DNA from: Enterobacter phage KKP_3711
Sequence record: PP579741.1
Length of the DNA: 64,000 nucleotides
Reading direction: 5' to 3' (one strand)
Shown one piece after another: positions 19,469 to 30,461 of this stretch. Position numbers and translations under genes: made by a program. The notes beneath the pieces are model-generated. The model was not told the origin of the DNA. It saw only the letters and a list, made by a program, of their open reading frames with translations, and did no database searches. Each line of letters starts with the position of its first letter. Positions within the stretch are counted from its first letter, which is position 1.

Positions 19469-21362
19469 TTTCTTTAATCATCGAATTCCCTTCGGAATCT
19501 CCCACCACATTTAATACGTGGGTAAGTGGATGTGTCATTCCATGCGACACTAAGAAAGAGTTTAATTCATGCTCTTCTAGTAGAAGCTCAATTAAAGTAT
19601 TCATACCTTTAGTATCTAGGAAGCTAATAACTTCATCTAAGAACAGCAGGTTAATATTTACTTTACTAATAGCACTCATTAGCTTTCGAATTGCTAATAG
19701 AGTGGAGAGCTGGATTCTATGCTGCTGTCCAGTAGAGCATGATTCGATTGTAGTTCTTACACCATCATTATAAATAACCACAAGTAGTTTAGTAGCATCA
19801 AGCTCGAAACCAAGAGCAAACTTACCACTAGTAAGAATTGATAAATATTCATTAATAAGCTCCTCAAAAGCCTTCACAGAATACTCTAGCTTATATGCTA
19901 CTAGATCCTTAAATGCTTTCTCTAGAACTTCTAAGTCAAATAGATCATTCTGTAGTGAAGCTATTTTACTGCCTATTACAGACAGATCTTTATTAGCTTT
20001 ATCTAATTGTTCTTGTAATGCCTGTATCTTAGCATTATGAACAGCAGCAGACATATTATGCTCTGTGATTCTTTCAATCTCAACTTTTTGCTGTCGGATT
20101 TGCACCTGTAGTCTATTGATTTCAGCTCTAGCGTCAGATACATCTATAATTTCATAGACATTGGTATCTAACACACTTAGTTCAGAAGCATTGAAGTCTG
20201 CAAGATTTTTTCTAGCTACCTCTAAAGAGTTCTTACTTAAAGTGTAATTAGTGTAAAGTTCTTGAGCTTTACTTAATTCAGCTTGTACTTCTTCTAGTTT
20301 AGAGCGTCTATCAAATAATGGTTGGTATTCTTTAGCTGCTATGGAGGCTGCATGTTGTGCTTCTGAAACATCCATCGGTTTTCCACATGTAGGACAATTG
20401 CAAACTTCTGCTTGTGCTTTGAATGACTTATACCGTTTCTTAACAGCTGTCGCTTCTGCACTTACAATTGCAAGCTCACGTGTAACACTTTGGAGTTCTA
20501 CAGATTTATCTTCTGGGGCGCAGGGAAGATTTTCAAATGGTTTAAAGGTTTGTTCGGCCGCTTGTACTTTGTTGTCCAAATCCTTTCGTTGCTTCTCAAT
20601 TTTTGCATTGTGAGCATCACGTTTTCGGATCTTAGCTTCTATCTCATCTACTAAGACTACCTTTGCCTTATAACCAGATATCTTTTCCAGAATCTCTTCT
20701 TCACTATACTCAAAGCTAGGAATTGCTAATACATCCATAGGGCTTCCAGCTTTTGAAGCATTAGTGATTATTTTTTGTATTGCTTGTAATTTACCAGATT
20801 CAGTGTCTAATTCGCTTTTAAACTCTTTAGCATCTGCTTTAATTTCTTCGGCAATTTGTTTATATTGCTCTTGCGCTAATAGAGTTGTTAAGAATTGTTT
20901 TCTATTAGCATCTGTAGATCTCAAGAAATCTAAACTAGACCCTACAGATTGATAAATCAACTTTGTGAATGTAGTAAAATCACAACCGATAATATCTTCT
21001 AATAGTTTATATGTTTGAGTTGCTGTATGTCCACTTATATCTTCAGATTCTTTTTTCAGAATCATTTTAGCGGTAGACTTTACAGTCTTATGCACTTCAT
21101 ATTCAACATCATCTTTAGAGAAGTAGACTGAAATAGAATATTCTTTCTTATCTAAGTTCCAGTTGAACAGTGCTTCTTTCTTAATGCCTCTAGAGTTTTT
21201 ATTATATAGGCACTCTTCAAGAATAGTAGCAATAGAAGATTTACCAGCACCATTTTCTCCTATTAACTGAGTAACAGGATGCTTCTCAAAATCAATTGAA
21301 GTATGAGAAGCATATGATAGAATGCCAGCAAATTCCATGCGTTTGATTTTAATCACGGACAT
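19461..21362 (-). CDS. SbcC/Rad50-like recombination ATPase (T5 D13-like), 633 aa
   Basis: Walker A GENGAGKSSI, a long coiled-coil middle, a CPTCG zinc hook, and a C-terminal signature/Walker B region (LLFLDEV). Confidence 0.8.
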   Translation of the reverse strand: MSVIKIKRMEFAGILSYASHTSIDFEKHPVTQLIGENGAGKSSIATILEECLYNKNSRGIKKEALFNWNLDKKEYSISVYFSKDDVEYEVHKTVKSTAKMILKKESEDISGHTATQTYKLLEDIIGCDFTTFTKLIYQSVGSSLDFLRSTDANRKQFLTTLLAQEQYKQIAEEIKADAKEFKSELDTESGKLQAIQKIITNASKAGSPMDVLAIPSFEYSEEEILEKISGYKAKVVLVDEIEAKIRKRDAHNAKIEKQRKDLDNKVQAAEQTFKPFENLPCAPEDKSVELQSVTRELAIVSAEATAVKKRYKSFKAQAEVCNCPTCGKPMDVSEAQHAASIAAKEYQPLFDRRSKLEEVQAELSKAQELYTNYTLSKNSLEVARKNLADFNASELSVLDTNVYEIIDVSDARAEINRLQVQIRQQKVEIERITEHNMSAAVHNAKIQALQEQLDKANKDLSVIGSKIASLQNDLFDLEVLEKAFKDLVAYKLEYSVKAFEELINEYLSILTSGKFALGFELDATKLLVVIYNDGVRTTIESCSTGQQHRIQLSTLLAIRKLMSAISKVNINLLFLDEVISFLDTKGMNTLIELLLEEHELNSFLVSHGMTHPLTHVLNVVGDSEGNSMIKENG

Positions 21363-22326
21363 AGATAGTTGCTTTACTCACTAAGCGTTCCACAGACTCT
21401 TTGTCAAGTCCTTGAACGTCTGTTAAATATAATGCGAGTTCTTCTAATGTGGTTTTGTTTTCTAGATTTAGCTTTGCGTCTTTCGAGACTTTGGTGTTGA
21501 TCTTCTTGTCTAATAGATCTGACCCCTTTAGCTTCTTTAGTTCGGAAACATCACCTTCTACTTCATAAATAACACGATCATAAGGATCTGGAAGTAGTTC
21601 ATCATTAATAGTTACTGTCTTACGTATAAGTTGAGGAAGATCTCCTAACTCAATCCATTTATACTCTAAAGTTTCAGTATCAATTATCAAGCATCCATTA
21701 GTATTTTTTGTTCTTTCTCTGTGGAAAGATGTAGTTAATGGTGAGCCAGGATAAAGTAGAGTTAATGAATCGTTAATTTGCTGAGTATTCTGATAACTAT
21801 GTAAGTCGCCAGCTACTACTAGCTTATAGCCATGTTCAGCAAACTTATTTAAGTCTATTTCTGGTTGTACATGCGGAGGGATTGATCCGCGTACATGTGT
21901 GAAACATAACTTACTTTTTGCAGGTTCCCATGTTTTCTTATGGAGATCTGCGTAATCTATAACATCCCAATCATGAAGTCTCTTATTTCTCAAGAGTCTC
22001 CATCTACCATTTGTAGAATCTTTAATAGCATCACTAAGATGTGTTAGACAGGATATAGTTTTTGATAACATCTCATGATTGCCTGTATAAATACGGCCTT
22101 CATGCGTCATACTTTGTAGAAATGCAAATAACAGCTCTAGTTCTTCTGTGGAAGGGTTTGCTACGTCTAGAATATCACCGCCAATAATATGTAAATCACA
22201 ATTATATTCGATGAATATCTTATTAAAACGTTCAGCAAGCATTAAGAATCTGTTCTTTTGCCATTCCTTAGGAACATTCTTTTGTCCTAGTTTAATATGA
22301 TGGTCAGCAGAGAATAATATTTTCAT
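21349..22326 (-). CDS. SbcD/Mre11-like nuclease (T5 D12-like), 325 aa
   Basis: Calcineurin-like phosphoesterase motifs (FSADHHI, GGDILD, GNHE). It overlaps the D13 start. Confidence 0.8.
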   Translation of the reverse strand: MKILFSADHHIKLGQKNVPKEWQKNRFLMLAERFNKIFIEYNCDLHIIGGDILDVANPSTEELELLFAFLQSMTHEGRIYTGNHEMLSKTISCLTHLSDAIKDSTNGRWRLLRNKRLHDWDVIDYADLHKKTWEPAKSKLCFTHVRGSIPPHVQPEIDLNKFAEHGYKLVVAGDLHSYQNTQQINDSLTLLYPGSPLTTSFHRERTKNTNGCLIIDTETLEYKWIELGDLPQLIRKTVTINDELLPDPYDRVIYEVEGDVSELKKLKGSDLLDKKINTKVSKDAKLNLENKTTLEELALYLTDVQGLDKESVERLVSKATIYVRD

Positions 22327-22334
22327 TCCATAGA

Positions 22335-22363
22335 TACGAAAAAGGAGGCCGAAGCCCCCTTTC
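22335..22363 (-). terminator. hairpin plus T-run terminator or attenuator on the - strand, upstream of the SbcD gene
   Basis: On the - strand: AGGGGGC-ttcg-GCCTCCT followed by TTTTT. Confidence 0.4.
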
Positions 22364-22368
22364 TTTTA

Positions 22369-23139
22369 TTAATCGTCCAGATCGCTAGCGGCTTCTTTTG
22401 CAGCTTCCTGCTTAGCCTCAGACTTCTCGTCTTTCTGATCACCATCTTCATCTTTCTTACCTTCAAGGAAGGAACGAATAGACTCAAGCTGTTCGTCGTA
22501 AGAAGGAATCGGGAACTGTGCATCCAGGCTAGGAACTTTTTCAAATTCAGCATCACCAGTTTCAGGATCTTCACTCAGTTCACCCAGAATTTCGAGGTCT
22601 TTCTGATGCAGTTTCCACTCGTCAGAACCTTCGACAGCTACTTTTGCCTGGAACTTAGATGCTGCGATTTCCTGAACTTTGTACTCGGTATTGAAACCAG
22701 TACCAGAACGCTCAATCACAAAGTCAATGCTCATTGGATCATCAATTTCCAGCTGACCCATAGTAGACTGAATACCTTTCAGGATAGTTGCTTTAACTTC
22801 CATGATTTTCAGCTTGTTATCAGCACGATCGATTACCCAGCAAACGTAGTTCTTTTTAGGCTTCAGAGCAGTAATTTCGCCTTTATCGTTTGGTTTTTCT
22901 TCTTTCAGACCCAGAGTAGTGATTGGATCTTTAGCACCAGACATGAAACGCTCAGTTTCACGGTTAAAACGAAGGCAATCAAATGCTGCTGGTTTACCAT
23001 CTGGATTTTTCAGCCAGTAAACGTAACGTGGAAGTACCGGAGATACGATACGAACAACGTTTTTACCGGATTTGAAAGACATATATTCAACTTTATCAGA
23101 AGAAGTAGTACCTTTAGTAGAGCCCCAAGATTTAGCCAT
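22369..23139 (-). CDS. hypothetical protein with an acidic C-terminal tail, possibly an ssDNA-binding protein, 256 aa
   Basis: C-terminal DEDGDQKDEKSEAKQEAAKEAASDLDD tail typical of phage SSBs (gp32 and gp2.5 type). Located among replication genes. Confidence 0.3.
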   Translation of the reverse strand: MAKSWGSTKGTTSSDKVEYMSFKSGKNVVRIVSPVLPRYVYWLKNPDGKPAAFDCLRFNRETERFMSGAKDPITTLGLKEEKPNDKGEITALKPKKNYVCWVIDRADNKLKIMEVKATILKGIQSTMGQLEIDDPMSIDFVIERSGTGFNTEYKVQEIAASKFQAKVAVEGSDEWKLHQKDLEILGELSEDPETGDAEFEKVPSLDAQFPIPSYDEQLESIRSFLEGKKDEDGDQKDEKSEAKQEAAKEAASDLDD

Positions 23140-23494
23140 GTGTTATTTCCTCATTGAAGATTAGTTTGTTTTGTTTAATTGCGATTAGTGGGTTGTTTTC
23201 TACAACTTCTCTAGGAATCCATGGATATATTAGTTGTATATCCAGTGAGGTATCCCCCGATACTAAGTAGTTATGATAACTGCGAATACTTAATATTCCT
23301 ATGTACTCTGCAAGTTGTTGTGATGTTAAGTGGTTTGAGTTCCAGATAACCACATCCTCATTCACAATGAATGAGGAACCTAGCAACATTTTATACTGCT
23401 CAGGTTTATATTTTATGTTCTTTATATATCTAATAATCAGGTCACTTCGTCCTGCTGCTAGAACATAAATCTTCTCATAATCAAAGAATAACAA
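23132..23494 (-). CDS. hypothetical protein, 120 aa
   Basis: ORF only. It lies downstream of an early-type promoter on the - strand. Confidence 0.4.
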   Translation of the reverse strand: MLFFDYEKIYVLAAGRSDLIIRYIKNIKYKPEQYKMLLGSSFIVNEDVVIWNSNHLTSQQLAEYIGILSIRSYHNYLVSGDTSLDIQLIYPWIPREVVENNPLIAIKQNKLIFNEEITHG

Positions 23495-23590
23495 TATTAT
23501 ACACCAAATTTTGTATATTAGGCAAGTAAAATTTTTATTTATTTGCCTAAGCTTTGGAGAAGAAATCCTTTCGTTTCAAACTATGAGAAT

Positions 23591-23619
23591 ATTATATCAA
23601 TTTTGAGGATGTTTAGCAA
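23591..23619 (-). promoter_or_regulatory. T5 early-type promoter on the - strand (TTGCTA-N17-TATAAT)
   Basis: -10 corresponds to plus 23591-23596 and -35 to plus 23614-23619. It is part of a 30-bp element that recurs at 35163-35196. Confidence 0.5.
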
Positions 23620-24967
23620 ATACAATTTCTTTAAACTTATGCTGTTGCTCTGGCGTCATCATTACAATATCCCATCCGTTATTAATATATACTGCTCGTC
23701 TACCTCTTGCCTGCCCCATAGCAATACCACCTTTCAACATTGTATCAACTACAATAGGTCTAGGCTTGCCTGGTACAATACGCTGGATACGTCCAACTAA
23801 TTGTTCCAATAGTGCTTCATTGTTGAGCAAACTAGCTGTGATTAAGCATGATAGACTATTAACAGAAATGCCTTCTGAAAATATACTTTGAGCAGCAGTA
23901 AGCACACATGGCCCGCCATTAGATAATTCTTCTATGACTTCTCCACGATTAGCTGTAGAACCTATAATCTTATACACAGGTACATTAAATTCTTCTAGAA
24001 TTTCACCTACATACTCAATTAGTTCAGTTCTGTCTGAAACAAATAAAACTTTATGACCTGCTTTCCAGTAAAGATAGCAAGATTCTATTAAATGATCTCT
24101 GTAATCATCATTATTGTAAACATCGTTAGCCCTGTTAGCCCAAGCAACCATTTGATTGCCACTAAGCTCTACTTCTAGTGGATAAATGTGTATTTCGGGA
24201 TCTACTACGTTATTCTTTGATGGAATATGTATAGTATACCCGAAATAGTCCTTAAACATCACATTGAGACCATCTTTTCTTTTTAAAGTACCGGATAGCC
24301 CTATTTTATACCTAGCATGACTAAACTCTAAAAAGTTAGAGAAAGTAGTAGCTACACAGTGATGTACTTCATCTACAATGACTAATCCAAATTCTTTGGA
24401 TAAAAGAGTAGAATGCTTATTAACTGTCTGTATATTGCTAACAGTTATAGGTTTAGAAATATCATATTTACCAGATCCTATTACACCTGGCTTAAATCCA
24501 AACCATTTTTCAATTTCTGCTTCCCACTGCTCACGTATACTTACGTTTGTACAGATAACAAGGGTTTTTTGTTGTAACTTATGTGCTATTGCTAAAGCAG
24601 TAATGGTTTTACCAAACCCCGGATTACCATTTATTAAACACGTATCATCACAAGCGTCTAATATTTCTTGTTGATCTATACTACCATCTACCCCTTTACG
24701 CAAAGTAAATGAAGGTTTTGGTATTTCTGCGGATACGCAAATCCTTTTATCCACTATTTCTAGTGGTATACCTTTGGATTGAAGAATATCCAACCTAGAT
24801 GCAGGTATACTACGTAGTCTAGCTCCTAATTTAGATGAGGTTATATAAACCTCAGGAAACTTAGCTCCTGGTCTAAATATCTGATACGTAGTTTGTGCAC
24901 AACAATGCTCCCAAAGTTCATCATCGTCACAGTTAAAATATGCTTTGTTAGATAATACTACCTTCAT
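23597..24967 (-). CDS. SF2 DNA helicase (T5 D10-like), 456 aa
   Basis: Walker A GNPGFGKT, DEAH-box DEVHH, and a helicase C-terminal domain. Position next to the polymerase gene as in T5. Confidence 0.75.
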   Translation of the reverse strand: MKVVLSNKAYFNCDDDELWEHCCAQTTYQIFRPGAKFPEVYITSSKLGARLRSIPASRLDILQSKGIPLEIVDKRICVSAEIPKPSFTLRKGVDGSIDQQEILDACDDTCLINGNPGFGKTITALAIAHKLQQKTLVICTNVSIREQWEAEIEKWFGFKPGVIGSGKYDISKPITVSNIQTVNKHSTLLSKEFGLVIVDEVHHCVATTFSNFLEFSHARYKIGLSGTLKRKDGLNVMFKDYFGYTIHIPSKNNVVDPEIHIYPLEVELSGNQMVAWANRANDVYNNDDYRDHLIESCYLYWKAGHKVLFVSDRTELIEYVGEILEEFNVPVYKIIGSTANRGEVIEELSNGGPCVLTAAQSIFSEGISVNSLSCLITASLLNNEALLEQLVGRIQRIVPGKPRPIVVDTMLKGGIAMGQARGRRAVYINNGWDIVMMTPEQQHKFKEIVFAKHPQN

Positions 24968-25455
24968 TATAATTTTATTCTATGCTTGATGTGCTCCGGC
25001 ATCTCGTCATGGACGTCAAATAAAACAAAAGAGTTGTTGTAATGTACAAGTGCTAGATAATTGTAAGGCTCTTTAGTAATAAAGGGTGTGTTTACTCCTG
25101 AGACATAGCACTGATACTTACCATTAAATATACGTACACAACTAACAACTCTTTTATAAATAATTCTACTAAACTTGGTCTTTTTAAGGGTGAATAAATT
25201 CCCCTCTTCATCAATAAAGTCTTTAGTCCTAGCATGAATAGCTTGACTTAAAGTATTAACTGAATATCTAAGTTTATAAAGCTTGTAGGGCTTATTATCG
25301 TCAGCTAGTAATTGCATTCGTCGTAGAACATAATCACCAGATAAAGAAGGCTTGTCTAGGACATACCTATCATAGTATGTCTCTAGACAAATATATCCAT
25401 TTTCTTCAAATTTACGATTAAAACCCCTTACAATGTATAAGGGGAATTTTATCAT
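24967..25455 (-). CDS. hypothetical protein, 162 aa
   Basis: ORF between the polymerase and helicase genes with an overlapping start and stop. Confidence 0.45.
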   Translation of the reverse strand: MIKFPLYIVRGFNRKFEENGYICLETYYDRYVLDKPSLSGDYVLRRMQLLADDNKPYKLYKLRYSVNTLSQAIHARTKDFIDEEGNLFTLKKTKFSRIIYKRVVSCVRIFNGKYQCYVSGVNTPFITKEPYNYLALVHYNNSFVLFDVHDEMPEHIKHRIKL

Positions 25456-28016
25456 AATGCAAAGCCCAACTTCTCGATATTGTTATAGTCCTTCACATAG
25501 GATGGGATATCAACCCCATATTCTTTGTAAAGTTCTTTTAACATCTTATCATCTTTTACAGATGCAAGATAGTCAATATCTTCTGATGCGCCAAGACGTT
25601 CAACTAGTGTGCGATATTCTGGATCATCAATACAAGCGATTGACGGATGCTGTTTTTTGATCTTACCACAAGAGTAGTCACGAGAACCACCATCTTCAGA
25701 ATCAGATTCCAGACCGATTGGACAACCTGGGATAGATAGACCACGATCATTCTGAACATGACGTAACAGAATCTCATTATAATCATCTACCAGATCTTCA
25801 CGAACCAATGCAACAACGGAGTCATGAACCAGCATAATGATTTGCATTTCTTTCTGCAAACCACGAGCAATGATTTCTTCATCAGCTCCAATTGCACCAA
25901 GCAGAAGGTTATCAGAAGACGCACCCTGAATGATTGCGTTGAAGCCAGAACGAAGTTCTTCACCCTGAACTCCACGATCTTCGGAGTTGATATTCAGCAG
26001 ACGACGCTTACGACCAAAGTGGCTGTAGATATAACCCTGAGACAGGATTTGTCCATGAGAAGCATCGATCCACTTCTTAAGCTGACGGAATGTACGGAAG
26101 TACTCATCAATATATCCCTGAGCCTGCGCTTTAGTACATTCTTCATATGGCTTACCAGTCTTTAGACTTTCTTCCAGCAGAGATTCGTTGATTGATGCAG
26201 CGACTTTAGCAGCACCAGAACCGAACAGAATACCGAATGTGATTGCTTTAGATGCCTGACGAAGAGAAGGATACAGTTTCTTCAATTCTTTTGCAGAACA
26301 TCCTGGCTTAAATACCATGTGCGCAATCATGCTGTGGAAGTCAGCACTGTTTTCTGGATCATTACGCATATCTACGAAAATTTTCTGTAGATTTCTATCA
26401 CCAGATAATACAGCAGCTACGTATACTTCAGCAGTTGTTAAGTCCCATGCAACAATTCTATAACCAGGTGGAGCTACAATACAACCTTTAATTATAGATT
26501 CATCACGAGGTAACTGCTGTAAGTTCAATTTACCAGAAGAACTCAAACGACCAGAAGTTGTCATGTGAATGTTGAAACCCGTTCTAACACGACCATCTGC
26601 ATCTATACTTTGCAGAATCTTTTCCACATAAGTAGATATCAACTTCTTGGTTTTACGAATATCTAGTAATGTTTTAGCTACTGGATGTTGATCTGCTAGT
26701 TCTTGCAATACTTCTGCATCTGTAGAGATAGCACCAGTACCTGTAAGTTTACCTGTTGGAGTAAGTCCCAGATAATCAAATAACAATACTCGTAATTGAG
26801 CTACAGAGTTAGGGTTAAATTGTTTACCTTGTGCTTTTTCTAAAGCGTGCACTTCTTCATACTGATACAGATCTTGTTCAGCAGCACGAAGTTTATCAAC
26901 TAATTGGATCTGTGCTTCTTTAAGACGAGGTATAGAAACAGGTACACCTCGATCTTCAACACGAGTTAGGAACATTGTCCCAGGAATCAAGAGATCATAG
27001 TACAAACGAGACAGATTTTCATTCTTCTCAATCTTAGGAAGGAAGAAGTTATGTAAACGAAGTGTTGCATCTGTATCTTTTGCAGCATATGGCCACATAA
27101 TATCAAATGGAATCAGATCATAGGTAAAATCTTCTTTCTTAATACCATGTGATTTGCAATAGTTGTCTTTGAACTGATCTAATTCAAAGTCATAATCACC
27201 CATATCTGTATACTTCATAGCTAGTTGTTTCAAACCATGTGTACCACGACGTTCATCAAGAACATAGTGCTGCAACATAGTATCATGAAGTCTCTTTTCA
27301 CGATATGGACGTTCAAAATCTAACCCAAAGTGATATTTATACATGTGCATATCGAACTTCAAGTTATGGAAAACGATTGGACGTTCTGGAGTATCAATAA
27401 TTTTCTGTAAATAATGCACTACCACTTCGGTAATTGCATCAGAATCAATATAAACACCTTGATACTCTTCATGACTCATTGAAAGACCTAATACATACCC
27501 ATCACGAGCATATAAAGCTGAGGTTTCGGAGTCAAAAGATACTGGAGTTGCCAGCATTGCGTAAACCATCTTAACATACGCTTCTGCTTCTTCTTCCGTA
27601 GTGATAGGTCGCCAGTCACCTTCTTTAGCAACTTTTTCATTCCCACTGATAATTGCATGGAAACTCTCTACTGTTGCTTCAAAGACAGGCTTCATCTCTG
27701 GTTTGAAGTGTAACATGGCTGGGCTGATACTTGCTAACCATCCAGAATACCCATTATACTCTACACGTTTACCAGAATAATCACCAATACCTGTTTTACC
27801 TGCATATGCTTTAAATGGTTCTGCACCTACTAGAATTACATAGTCAAATTGGTGTGGATCAAAAGGATTATCTTCTGTTCCTAGGTCAATATGTTTCTTT
27901 AGCAGACGACCGTCTAGCTTTTTAGAACACATATGGAATACTTCTAAATCCTTAATACCGAAATGCTTATCATAACGAGTATTATTCAAGGATTTATCGA
28001 CAACTGCTATTCTCAT
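25452..28016 (-). CDS. DNA polymerase, family A, with 3'-5' exonuclease domain, 854 aa
   Basis: The N-terminal half carries a 3'-5' exonuclease-like acidic motif (VSFDSETSAL). The C-terminal half carries PolA motifs A, B and C. The size matches T5 pol (855 aa). Confidence 0.9.
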   Translation of the reverse strand: MRIAVVDKSLNNTRYDKHFGIKDLEVFHMCSKKLDGRLLKKHIDLGTEDNPFDPHQFDYVILVGAEPFKAYAGKTGIGDYSGKRVEYNGYSGWLASISPAMLHFKPEMKPVFEATVESFHAIISGNEKVAKEGDWRPITTEEEAEAYVKMVYAMLATPVSFDSETSALYARDGYVLGLSMSHEEYQGVYIDSDAITEVVVHYLQKIIDTPERPIVFHNLKFDMHMYKYHFGLDFERPYREKRLHDTMLQHYVLDERRGTHGLKQLAMKYTDMGDYDFELDQFKDNYCKSHGIKKEDFTYDLIPFDIMWPYAAKDTDATLRLHNFFLPKIEKNENLSRLYYDLLIPGTMFLTRVEDRGVPVSIPRLKEAQIQLVDKLRAAEQDLYQYEEVHALEKAQGKQFNPNSVAQLRVLLFDYLGLTPTGKLTGTGAISTDAEVLQELADQHPVAKTLLDIRKTKKLISTYVEKILQSIDADGRVRTGFNIHMTTSGRLSSSGKLNLQQLPRDESIIKGCIVAPPGYRIVAWDLTTAEVYVAAVLSGDRNLQKIFVDMRNDPENSADFHSMIAHMVFKPGCSAKELKKLYPSLRQASKAITFGILFGSGAAKVAASINESLLEESLKTGKPYEECTKAQAQGYIDEYFRTFRQLKKWIDASHGQILSQGYIYSHFGRKRRLLNINSEDRGVQGEELRSGFNAIIQGASSDNLLLGAIGADEEIIARGLQKEMQIIMLVHDSVVALVREDLVDDYNEILLRHVQNDRGLSIPGCPIGLESDSEDGGSRDYSCGKIKKQHPSIACIDDPEYRTLVERLGASEDIDYLASVKDDKMLKELYKEYGVDIPSYVKDYNNIEKLGFAL

Positions 28017-28076
28017 TTATTCTCCTCTATGTAAGAAAGTTCAACTTCAGTGTTCCTTCTCAAACTTACATAAATA

Positions 28077-28964
28077 TTATACCTCATTTTTGAGGTACTT
28101 AGCAACTATTTTTTTAATATTCTCATCTAACTCTTTAACTTCATTCTCACTTAATTCTCCAGGATCTTTATTATCCGGAAGTAAGTGATTTACAACTAAT
28201 GGAGTTAATCTGGTCTTAAATTTTATCATTTTTGCTAGTTTTTCAGCAGCATCATTACCTGCTTTATCATTATCTAGTAAAATAGCTACAATTCGTGTAC
28301 CAGCTAGTATAAATGAGCTGAATTTATCAGCAATATTATCATTGCTGAACTGATGTGTACCAAAACAGCAAGAAACATTCTCCATGCCCTTATCTTCTAG
28401 ATTAAGCATGTCGAACATACCTTCTGTTAGAACTAAAATTGGTTGATTATATCTTAAAGGAAAGATAGGAGCGGAAATATCCTTGGGTTTAAGGAGGTAT
28501 TTAGGAGGTGCAGAAGATTGTCTACTTCTCCCCTGAAATACCACTATCTTACCAGTAGCATCTGTAATAGGAAATACTATGCGATCAGGCCAATCTTCCT
28601 CATGTATGAATGCAAAATATTTTTTGAAAGTTTCAGGCTTAATTCCACGATATTCTTCCTCAAACATCATAGCTGCATCAGGAATCGTTAGAACATTAGA
28701 CTGATTTAATAATTCTTTTATTCTTTTCTTAACTGTGACTAGTCTGGGAGACTGTCTAAGCATATCTTCATTAAAATAATGAAAAATACTAGGGATGCCT
28801 TTACCATAACCACAACTTAAACAGTGAAAAACACCCGTCTCTCTATCAACTCGGAGAGACGGGTGAGCATCGTTGTGTTCTGGATTAAGACAACGGATAA
28901 GTATATCACCACCCGTGTCTTTATATTCTATCCCTTTTAAATCTAAAAGTTCTAGAACGTTCAT
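28077..28964 (-). CDS. DNA primase (Zn finger plus TOPRIM), 295 aa
   Basis: CHC2-type zinc finger CLNPEHNDAHPSLRVDRETGVFHCLSCGYG. A TOPRIM-like region EGMFD...LDNDKAG. Confidence 0.8.
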   Translation of the reverse strand: MNVLELLDLKGIEYKDTGGDILIRCLNPEHNDAHPSLRVDRETGVFHCLSCGYGKGIPSIFHYFNEDMLRQSPRLVTVKKRIKELLNQSNVLTIPDAAMMFEEEYRGIKPETFKKYFAFIHEEDWPDRIVFPITDATGKIVVFQGRSRQSSAPPKYLLKPKDISAPIFPLRYNQPILVLTEGMFDMLNLEDKGMENVSCCFGTHQFSNDNIADKFSSFILAGTRIVAILLDNDKAGNDAAEKLAKMIKFKTRLTPLVVNHLLPDNKDPGELSENEVKELDENIKKIVAKYLKNEV

Positions 28965-30427
28965 TAAATGTCTGCGGCTCCTTCACCATCAGATTGTGCT
29001 TTAGCAGCAGGTTTTTGTCTTTGTTTAGACTTATTATCCTCAATAGGAAGAACAAACTCAGCTTGCATTTCGTTAATATCTATAGTAGTAAGGTTAGTAG
29101 TATTGTCAATTTTCAGACAGTTCCAATCTGTTGCAGGCATAAACTTAATACCAGACATGCTTCGGACTTTTACGAAGTCAAATAAGATACCACCTTGGTT
29201 CTTATCGTTTTTAGCAGCATTTAGGTTCATAGCCATATCACAAGAATCTAGGATACCTTGAGACATACGAGCATTACCATTTTTATCCATCTGATAAGGT
29301 GTAACACCACCCACGTTAAGTTTTGCACATGTATTCTTGAAAGATTTACTCACAATCATCTGCTGCTTCCAATCATACATATCGGTTTCACTAGATCCAT
29401 CGACTTTTACTTGGTTAATGTAATCTAGGATGATTAATGGAACTTTATCTTCACCATACTGAGATACTGTTTTGTAAGCAATACCATCTAACTTGGCTGT
29501 AGTTAATTCTGGATCATGAATAATGATCATAGGAGTATGCAGTTCAAAATCTCCCATCAATTTCTGTTCAAACTCGTAAAAGTCTGACATCTCTTTGACA
29601 GAGTACTGCTTAATATACTGTTGATAATACTCTTCGCCGCCTAAGAACATTTTAGCTCTAGTTCTAGCTAATTGCATTACAGCTAAATCTTTAACTTGCT
29701 GCTTACGAATATCCAGTGCAGATATACCAGACATTATAGCTAGATTCCTACGAAGAACTTCAACAGCTTTCATTTCTAAAGAGAAATAAGGAGCTATGTT
29801 ACCCTGCTCATACTGATTAACTTGTAAGTTAGAACATACAACTGATTTACCAGTACCGCGATAACCACCAATTAACAGAGTTTCTCCTCTACCTAATCCA
29901 CCAGAATATGCATCAAATTCATTACATAATCCTAGAGGGATAAGAGTTAGGTTTGTACTATCCTTCTCTTCAAAAATACTGATCTGATTAGCGTTAAAGA
30001 TATTACCAGTATATGAGACTTTTTCTTCTAATTTTAAAGCTAGGCCACTAACCCTATCAATAATCTCATCTTTATCCAACATGGTTATATCACGTAAAAT
30101 ATCAGAATCTACAAGCTGCAAGAATAAATCTTGTGTGTATTCAGACTCTAATACTTGGATTGCATGTAGAATATCAACTTGTGGGATTGGTGTATTAATT
30201 AATACACTCAATGCTTGAGAGAGCTTAGCGTTCCTAGAACTCTCAAGAACCAGCGAGTCAATACTCGGCATGTCACCATGCTTTTTATAATAATTGTGGA
30301 TAGACTTGTAGATAGAAGCGAAAGCATCATTGAATAAATCTTTATGCAATCTAGAGAATATGTTAATAGCAGTGATCTTATCAGCCATTAACAGCATTTT
30401 CAGCACTATAGATTGTGTATTGAACAT
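28964..30427 (-). CDS. DnaB-like replicative helicase, ~487 aa
   Basis: Walker A GGYRGTGKS with RecA-fold motifs. The start is placed at the ATG preceded by AGGAAA (MFNTQS...). The ORF tool's longer start at 30469 would translate the T-run of the upstream terminator. Confidence 0.75.
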   Translation of the reverse strand: MFNTQSIVLKMLLMADKITAINIFSRLHKDLFNDAFASIYKSIHNYYKKHGDMPSIDSLVLESSRNAKLSQALSVLINTPIPQVDILHAIQVLESEYTQDLFLQLVDSDILRDITMLDKDEIIDRVSGLALKLEEKVSYTGNIFNANQISIFEEKDSTNLTLIPLGLCNEFDAYSGGLGRGETLLIGGYRGTGKSVVCSNLQVNQYEQGNIAPYFSLEMKAVEVLRRNLAIMSGISALDIRKQQVKDLAVMQLARTRAKMFLGGEEYYQQYIKQYSVKEMSDFYEFEQKLMGDFELHTPMIIIHDPELTTAKLDGIAYKTVSQYGEDKVPLIILDYINQVKVDGSSETDMYDWKQQMIVSKSFKNTCAKLNVGGVTPYQMDKNGNARMSQGILDSCDMAMNLNAAKNDKNQGGILFDFVKVRSMSGIKFMPATDWNCLKIDNTTNLTTIDINEMQAEFVLPIEDNKSKQRQKPAAKAQSDGEGAADI

Positions 30428-30461
30428 GATGTTTCCTGATACGCATGCTTGCGTCTTTCTA

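Noticed and set aside
22323-22574. 83-aa ORF overlapping the 3' end of 22369..23139 on the same strand
   Set aside because: It is a different frame of the acidic C-terminal tail region, with Lys/Arg-rich low-complexity translation. The hairpin plus T-run terminator at 22335-22363 explains the intergenic space better.
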